Shown piece after piece: positions 58,323 to 64,000 of a DNA stretch of 64,000 nucleotides. Made by a program: the position numbers and the translations under genes. Location: assembly GCA_947259275.1 (NCBI GenBank), contig CAMYMH010000005.1, positions 7,449 to 71,448 of the forward strand, read 5' to 3'. The number at the start of each line of letters is the position of its first letter. Position 1 is the stretch's first letter. Origin of the DNA: an uncultured Acidimicrobiaceae bacterium. GTDB lineage: Bacteria > Actinomycetota > Acidimicrobiia > Spongiisociales > SHLN01. Under the pieces are notes generated by a model. That model did no database searches. It was not told the DNA's origin and was given only the letters and a program-made list of their open reading frames with translations.

Positions 58323-58899
58323 CACCCGCTCCCGGGCTTTGATGCGCCACCACAGATCGCAGTTCAACTTCGGCGATGAAACGCCGAGCCCGCGGGAGAT
58401 TTGCCAGGCAGACGGGCACGGTCGATGCCGGCCGGTTGCGCTCCTCGATGCGTACCACGGCGATGAACCCCAACAGCAGGAATGCCACTGCTGCAACGCT
58501 GCAGGCGGCGGTAACGATGGCGCCGAATCCACCGAAAGCGGCGGCCAGGCCGAGCGCGGCAGCCACGATCATGCGACCCGGGTTCAACTTGGTGCCAAGG
58601 GAGACAGTGCTCAGCTCCAGCAGATCGACTGCCAACCGCCGCTTCCCAACCGGGATTAGGCCGAGGATGGTCCGCGGCGTGGTGACTCTGAGCTGCCTCT
58701 GGTCGACGGTCAGACCTGATCGGAGATACCAGCTCACCCCGTTGGTCAGAAGCACCACGGATACCTCGGACCGCTGGTCGCCGGACTGGATCTCCGACGA
58801 CTCGAGTCGCGATTCCACCCCCACCTCCCGGCCGGCAGTCACCTTCATTGATGCCACGTCACAGTTGGTGCCGTCAGGGGCAAACGTCACCTTGGGCAA
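58315..58899 (-). CDS. hypothetical membrane protein (N-terminal soluble ~100 aa, two TM helices)
   Basis: The ORF overlaps the ICMT start by 8 nt. No recognisable catalytic motif. Confidence 0.5.
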   Translation of the reverse strand: MPKVTFAPDGTNCDVASMKVTAGREVGVESRLESSEIQSGDQRSEVSVVLLTNGVSWYLRSGLTVDQRQLRVTTPRTILGLIPVGKRRLAVDLLELSTVSLGTKLNPGRMIVAAALGLAAAFGGFGAIVTAACSVAAVAFLLLGFIAVVRIEERNRPASTVPVCLANLPRARRFIAEVELRSVVAHQSPGAGDD

Positions 58900-58947
58900 G
58901 ACGAGGAGGGCGCGCGGTCACGCTTTGGCTGGCGGATCCGCCGGCGC

Positions 58948-59484
58948 CTACTCGCTGATCGGGACCTCGGGGGGTGCCGGGCGGGCCTGGTGGAGCTCGG
59001 CTCGACGGTCACGGATTCGCTCGAGGAGGTTGGTGAGCAGCGTCTCGATGTGCTCGTAGCTCGACTCGACCACGTCCTCTGACTCGAGGCGAATGGTGCG
59101 CGCCTGCTCCTCGGCGTTGCGAACCAGGATGTTGGCTTCCTCGACGGCTTCAGTCATCACCTGGGTCTCGCTCACCATCTGAGCACCGGTTTCCTTGGCC
59201 CGGCGCATGATCTCGGCCGACTGTTCATTGGTTTGGGTGATGAACGCCTCGCGCTCACGGACCATCCAGCGAGCCGTCCGCAGCTCCTCCGGGAGCCGCT
59301 CTCGCAAGTCGCGCAAGCGCTCGATGAAGTCGTTGCGGTCGATGCTGGCATTACCGGACAGCGGCATGCCGCGGGCCTGCTCGACGGTCACTATGAGCTC
59401 CTCGACCATGTCCTGGAGCTCACCAACACTCGGCGGAGCCTCCTCCGTATCTTCCTCGACATCGAACTCGAATTCGTCGGTCAT
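58948..59484 (-). CDS. acidic coiled-coil protein (DivIVA/ATPase-b-like)
   Basis: 178 aa, Glu/Arg-rich heptad-like sequence. Overlaps the coaD stop. Confidence 0.55.
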   Translation of the reverse strand: MTDEFEFDVEEDTEEAPPSVGELQDMVEELIVTVEQARGMPLSGNASIDRNDFIERLRDLRERLPEELRTARWMVREREAFITQTNEQSAEIMRRAKETGAQMVSETQVMTEAVEEANILVRNAEEQARTIRLESEDVVESSYEHIETLLTNLLERIRDRRAELHQARPAPPEVPISE

Positions 59485-59978
59485 TCGAATCGCTCCTTCA
59501 ATGCTGCGGCTACCACCGGTGAAACGAGCCCATCGAGCGAGCCACCAAACCGGCCGACCTCTTTGACAAGAGAAGACGATAGATAGGCATGGTCGGGACT
59601 CGTAGGCAAGAAGACCGTTTGCACCCCCGAAAGGTGATGGTTCATCTGTGCCATCTGCAGCTCATACTCGAAGTCGGAGACGGCCCGCAGGCCCTTCACG
59701 ATGACACCGGCGCCCTTGTCCCTGGCAAAGTCGACCAACAGCCCGTCGAAGGAATCCACTTCGGTGTTCTCCCAGCCGGTGCAGATTTCTTCGAGCATGG
59801 CCGTGCGCTCGTCGGCCGTGAACAGTGGCGACTTCGAAGGGTTGGCCACCACCGCTATCAGGACCCGATCGAAGACCTCGACGGCCCGGGAGATCACATC
59901 GACGTGGCCGAGCGTGGGTGGATCGAAGCTACCTGGAACCACCGCGACGGTCACGACGCTTCCTTCTGGTAGATCCAT
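59481..59978 (-). CDS. coaD: phosphopantetheine adenylyltransferase
   Basis: AVVPGSFDPPTLGHVDV signature. The true start is probably the GTG near 59954, overlapping the rsmD stop. Confidence 0.9.
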   Translation of the reverse strand: MDLPEGSVVTVAVVPGSFDPPTLGHVDVISRAVEVFDRVLIAVVANPSKSPLFTADERTAMLEEICTGWENTEVDSFDGLLVDFARDKGAGVIVKGLRAVSDFEYELQMAQMNHHLSGVQTVFLPTSPDHAYLSSSLVKEVGRFGGSLDGLVSPVVAAALKERFE

Positions 59979-60493
59979 AGCTGGGTGTCTCCATAGCGGC
60001 GATCATCCTGCAAGCGAGTTGAGGCGGGTGCATCGGGTGCGTCCTCGCCAGCTTGCCGATGCACCACCATGATTCCTCCGTTGGCCAGCAGCGCCGCTGC
60101 GCCCTCCATCACCTCGCCCACCAACGCTAGCGACAGGCGGTAGGGAGGGTCAACGAACACGAGTTCAAAGCTCGGTTCGGCCCGAGCCAAGAAGGCGGCA
60201 ACGTCTGACGCCAGCACCGTGCCTTCGAATCCGAGGGTGGAGAGATTAGAACGAAGCGCATCGAGCGCGCCCCTCGACTGCTCAACAAAAGTGGCCGATT
60301 CGGCCCCCCGGCTCAATGACTCAATCCCGAGTGCACCGGATCCGGCGTAGAGGTCGAGCACCCTGGCATCCACTACCCGATCGCCGAGCGATGAGAACAG
60401 CGCCTCCTTGACCCGATCCATCATCGGGCGGGTCTGATCGCCGGACGGGCCTCGCAACCGGCGGCCCCGGGCGGATCCGGCGATGACCCTCAT
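59951..60493 (-). CDS. rsmD: 16S rRNA (guanine966-N2)-methyltransferase
   Basis: VLDLYAGSGALGIE SAM motif and DPPY motif. Confidence 0.88.
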   Translation of the reverse strand: MRVIAGSARGRRLRGPSGDQTRPMMDRVKEALFSSLGDRVVDARVLDLYAGSGALGIESLSRGAESATFVEQSRGALDALRSNLSTLGFEGTVLASDVAAFLARAEPSFELVFVDPPYRLSLALVGEVMEGAAALLANGGIMVVHRQAGEDAPDAPASTRLQDDRRYGDTQLWIYQKEAS

Positions 60494-62682
60494 GAGACAA
60501 ACAGCCAGGCGACCGCATCGCCCAGCAGCGCCTGGACCTCGGTGGCAACGGCCGGGCTATCCGAGAGGTCCGGGTCGGCGGCAACCAGCGCGAACGCCTC
60601 GCGGCGGGCGTCGATGAGCAGCTGGGTATCCCGCAGCAGGTCGGCGATCCTGAGGTCGGCGGTGCCGGCCTGGCGGGCGCCGAACACCGTGCCTTGCCCT
60701 CGGATGCGCAGGTCCTCTTCGGCCAGCACGAACCCGTCATCGGATGCCACCATCGCCGCCAGGCGCGCTTCGCTTTCCGTGGTGGTGGGGTCGGCCACCA
60801 GGAAGCAGTAATTGGGCCCGACTCCGCGACTGAGCCGGCCCCGCAACTGGTGCAGTTGAGAGAGCCCGAACCGGTCGGCATCCTCAATCACCATGACCGT
60901 CGAATGAGGAATGTCGATGCCAACCTCGATGACGGTGGTGGCCACCAGCACATCGAGCTCCCGGTCCCGGAAGGCGGCCATGACGGATGCCTTGTCGGCC
61001 GGGATCATCTGGCCGTGAAGGAGGCCAACCCGCAGCTCCGGCAGGAGCCCGACCAAACGCTCCCGTTCGGCGGTGGCCGAAGCCGCCTCAACCTTGAGAC
61101 TGTCCTCGACCAACGGACACACAACGAAGCTCTGATTCCCGGCGGCCGCCTCATCCCGGATCCGTTGCAGCCACCTCTTCTCGGCGGCCGGACTCTTGGC
61201 CAGGGCAACCGTTTCGACCTCTGGCCGGCCTGGCGGCATCTCGTCGCGAGCGATTGAGCTGACGTCGAGATCGCCGTACAAGGTCATCGATAGCGTCCGA
61301 GGAATGGGAGTGGCGGTCATGATGAGGAGATCGGGTTCGGCGTCGACACCCTTCTCGCGCAGCTCGACCCGCTGATGAACCCCAAAACGGTGCTGTTCAT
61401 CGACGACGGCCACCCCGAGCCGGTGGAAGTGCAGGCCCTCCTGAATGAGGGCGTGGGTGCCGACGACAATGTCGACGGTGCCGGCGGCGATCTCGTCGAC
61501 CAGCTCGGCCCGGGTAATGGAATCCCGGTAATTCGCTTCCGCATTCGAGCCGGTCAGCAAGGCAAGCTTGACCGGTCGCTCGGGCTCGGTCTGGGTGAAC
61601 AGGCTGCCCATGCCTCTCGCCTCGAGCGGCGGCGCCATCCCCGCGCCGGCCAGCAAACCGCCGATGCTCAGGAAATGCTGGACTGCCAGCACTTCGGTGG
61701 GCGCCATTACCGCACCCTGATGGCCGCCATCGACCGCCGTCAGCATGGCGGCCACGGCCACCACGGTCTTGCCCGACCCAACATCGCCCAGCAAAAGCCG
61801 ATGCATGGGGTGAGGACGGGTCATGTCGCTCTGCACCTCGTCGATCACCCGCTGCTGGGCGGCGGTGAGAGCAAACGGGAGGCCCTTGGTCATCTCCGCC
61901 ACCAGCCCATCGGCAGCCCGGACATGGGAGATGCCGACGGCTTCGTCGATCTGGCGTCGCTTCTGGAGGGCGAGCGCCACCTCGAGCCGGAAGAACTCAT
62001 CGAACACCAACCGGTCCCGGGCCGGGGCAACCTCCTCGATTGACTCAGGGAAGTGAACCGCCGCAACGGCCGCCGACCGGTCCATCAACCCGAGCCGGTC
62101 ACGCATCTCGACCGGAATCGGGTCGCCGACCGGCAGCGACCGCCGCACCGCGTTGTGGATGCCGCGCCTGAGATAGCCGGGGCTCACTCCCTTGACGCCG
62201 GGATGGACGGGGACGACCCGGCCGGTGGTGAGCGACTCGCCGGGACGATCGAGCACATCTGCCTCGGGTGTCTTCATCTCGAGCCGGCCCCGCCTGCGCT
62301 CGAGTTTGCCCGACAACGCCACTTCGGTCCCCGGTGGCAGCTGCCGCTCGCGAAAGGTCTGGTTGAACCACGTGACGAATAGGTAGGTCTCGCCGTCGAA
62401 GATCGTGGCATTGATGATCGCCAGGTTTCGGCGCACTCGCCGCATGTTGATGTCGTGGACGGTGCCCACCACGGTCACTTCCTCTCCGAGCGGTGCGTCT
62501 GCAATGGTCGCCGTCGTCGAGCGGTCGATGTAGCGGCGAGGAACGTGAAGTAGCAGGTCGGCGACGTTCTCGATGCCGGCGGCGTTGAGGGCAGAAGCCC
62601 GTTTGCCCGTCAGGCCCTTGACCCGTGAGACGGGGATCGTCGACAGGTAAGCGAGGGTCCGCTCGCCATTGTCGGGAGTCAC
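60490..62682 (-). CDS. recG: ATP-dependent DNA helicase RecG
   Basis: 730 aa. Wedge domain, GDVGSGKT Walker A, DEQHRFG. Confidence 0.95.
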   Translation of the reverse strand: MTPDNGERTLAYLSTIPVSRVKGLTGKRASALNAAGIENVADLLLHVPRRYIDRSTTATIADAPLGEEVTVVGTVHDINMRRVRRNLAIINATIFDGETYLFVTWFNQTFRERQLPPGTEVALSGKLERRRGRLEMKTPEADVLDRPGESLTTGRVVPVHPGVKGVSPGYLRRGIHNAVRRSLPVGDPIPVEMRDRLGLMDRSAAVAAVHFPESIEEVAPARDRLVFDEFFRLEVALALQKRRQIDEAVGISHVRAADGLVAEMTKGLPFALTAAQQRVIDEVQSDMTRPHPMHRLLLGDVGSGKTVVAVAAMLTAVDGGHQGAVMAPTEVLAVQHFLSIGGLLAGAGMAPPLEARGMGSLFTQTEPERPVKLALLTGSNAEANYRDSITRAELVDEIAAGTVDIVVGTHALIQEGLHFHRLGVAVVDEQHRFGVHQRVELREKGVDAEPDLLIMTATPIPRTLSMTLYGDLDVSSIARDEMPPGRPEVETVALAKSPAAEKRWLQRIRDEAAAGNQSFVVCPLVEDSLKVEAASATAERERLVGLLPELRVGLLHGQMIPADKASVMAAFRDRELDVLVATTVIEVGIDIPHSTVMVIEDADRFGLSQLHQLRGRLSRGVGPNYCFLVADPTTTESEARLAAMVASDDGFVLAEEDLRIRGQGTVFGARQAGTADLRIADLLRDTQLLIDARREAFALVAADPDLSDSPAVATEVQALLGDAVAWLFVS

Positions 62683-64000
62683 TCGACGCTGACGAGGTAC
62701 GGGTAGAGCGGCTGGCTGCCCGGCACCACCTCGACTTCGAGGTCATACTCCTCCTCCAGCCACACTGCAGCCGCCTCGGTGACGGCCCGGTCGGCTTCGG
62801 AGCCCGTGATGATGGTCACGATCTCACGCTCTCCGGCCGCCAGGCGGGCCAGCAACCCGGTGAGGGTTTCGTCCAGTTGCGGCTCGATGACGGCGACGTC
62901 GCCGTCGATGATGCCCATCCAATCACCCTCCCGCACCTGACCGGCCGGAGTGCTCGAATCCCGCACCGCCCGGGTGACCTCGCCGCTGGCGACCTCGCTC
63001 ATCGCCGACTCCATGGCGGACGCGACCTCATCGATCGCCTTGCCGGACGGCAGATAGGACACCATCGCCGCCAACCCTTCGGGAACCGATCGGGTCGGCA
63101 CACACACCACGTGCTTGTCGGTGAGCGCATCGAGCTGCTCCGCGACCGGAACAATGTTCTTGTTGTTGGGAAGGACGACCACCTCGCCTGCCGACACCTC
63201 GTTAACGGCAGCCAGCAGCTCCTCGGTAGACGGATTCATGGTCTGACCCCCGACCACCACCCCCTGCACGCCGAGCCGGCGGAACATCTCGACGATCCCA
63301 GCTCCAACCGCAACCGCAACCACACCGATATCCGCCACGGCAAAGGCAGGAAGCGGTTCGAAACCCGACGGATGGTGGTGCATGGCTTCCGCCTCGGCCT
63401 GATCGAGCAGATCGGTGACCTGGATCCGGAATGGCCGCCCGGCCCGAATCCCGGCTTCGATGGCCTCACCGATGTCGTCGGTGTGAATGTGGCAGTTGTA
63501 GGTCCCGTCGCCGCCCACCACGACGATGGAATCACCGATCTCCATCCACTCGCGCTTGAATACCGCCACCGCCTCTTGGGCCGCCTCCATGAAGTACATG
63601 ACCTCATAGCGGAGGCCGCTGATGTCGTGCTCGGCGGCGGTTTCCTCGGCGATGACCACGGCAACGGCCTTGAAGATCTCGGCCGGCAGCACCGTCTCCT
63701 CACCGGTCACCTCCTCGAGAAACGCCGCCATCAGCAGCAACAACCCGGCTCCGCCGGCATCAACCACGCCTGCCTCTTTCAGGACGGGCAACAGCTCGGG
63801 AGTGTTCTGGAGTGAAGCTTCGGCCCGCTGATAGGTACGTCGGAGCAGGTCGGCCAGGTTTTCGGCTTCCGCGGTGTCGGCCTGGCCAGCTGCCTCCGCG
63901 CATTCCCGCAGCACGGTGAGGATGGTCCCTTCCACCGGACGCATGACCGCCTCATAAGCCGCATCCGAAGCCCGGTCGAGGGCGTCGACGATCTGATCGG
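62679..64000 (-). CDS. yloV: DAK2-domain fusion protein YloV (DhaL-like), 3' portion; ORF remains open to the window edge
   Basis: The reading frame continues upstream of the first in-window Met. The C-terminal domain is typical of YloV. Confidence 0.75.
   Translation of the reverse strand, partial: DQIVDALDRASDAAYEAVMRPVEGTILTVLRECAEAAGQADTAEAENLADLLRRTYQRAEASLQNTPELLPVLKEAGVVDAGGAGLLLLMAAFLEEVTGEETVLPAEIFKAVAVVIAEETAAEHDISGLRYEVMYFMEAAQEAVAVFKREWMEIGDSIVVVGGDGTYNCHIHTDDIGEAIEAGIRAGRPFRIQVTDLLDQAEAEAMHHHPSGFEPLPAFAVADIGVVAVAVGAGIVEMFRRLGVQGVVVGGQTMNPSTEELLAAVNEVSAGEVVVLPNNKNIVPVAEQLDALTDKHVVCVPTRSVPEGLAAMVSYLPSGKAIDEVASAMESAMSEVASGEVTRAVRDSSTPAGQVREGDWMGIIDGDVAVIEPQLDETLTGLLARLAAGEREIVTIITGSEADRAVTEAAAVWLEEEYDLEVEVVPGSQPLYPYLVSVE

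Noticed and set aside
62625-63815. 396-aa plus-strand ORF antisense to yloV
   Set aside because: Antisense artefact. It has a His/Arg/Gly-rich composition.

Overview
High-GC (about 68%) actinobacterial-type chromosomal segment. Most of it is respiratory complex I genes. Bases 1-4193 carry the start of an 11-subunit-type nuo cluster: nuoA, nuoB, nuoC, nuoD, then nuoH and the 5' end of nuoI, with no nuoE, nuoF or nuoG. A complete, co-oriented nuoA-N operon lies at 8768-23658. An accessory island of about 4.5 kb separates the two; it holds an ATP-grasp protein, an alkaline-phosphatase-superfamily phosphodiesterase, a bactofilin-like membrane protein, and a tandem array of complex hairpin repeats. 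An intact IS481-family element (23770-24819) sits about 110 bp upstream of nuoA of the complete operon. Next comes a sugar locus at 25200-32798: a GT4 glycosyltransferase, an ABC importer, a GH13_18 sucrose-phosphorylase-family enzyme and a glycerate kinase. The remainder is conserved core synteny: etfBA, cdd, ftsY, smc, acyP, mutM, rnc, plsX, rpmF, yceD, coaD, rsmD, recG, yloV. Interleaved with these are a GGDEF/EAL protein, an S8 subtilase with a 15-bp tandem-repeat tail, a class III adenylate cyclase, a cell-wall amidase with a terminator-bearing leader, and a tightly overlapping five-gene operon (membrane protein, ICMT-like methyltransferase, 37-aa TM peptide, Lgt, radical SAM enzyme). That operon is my best candidate for an undescribed lipid or lipoprotein tailoring system. 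A family of multi-hairpin repetitive elements occurs four times, once inside the nuo operon. No rRNA, tRNA or CRISPR was found. Gene calls rest on reading the supplied translations for motifs, not on database searches.
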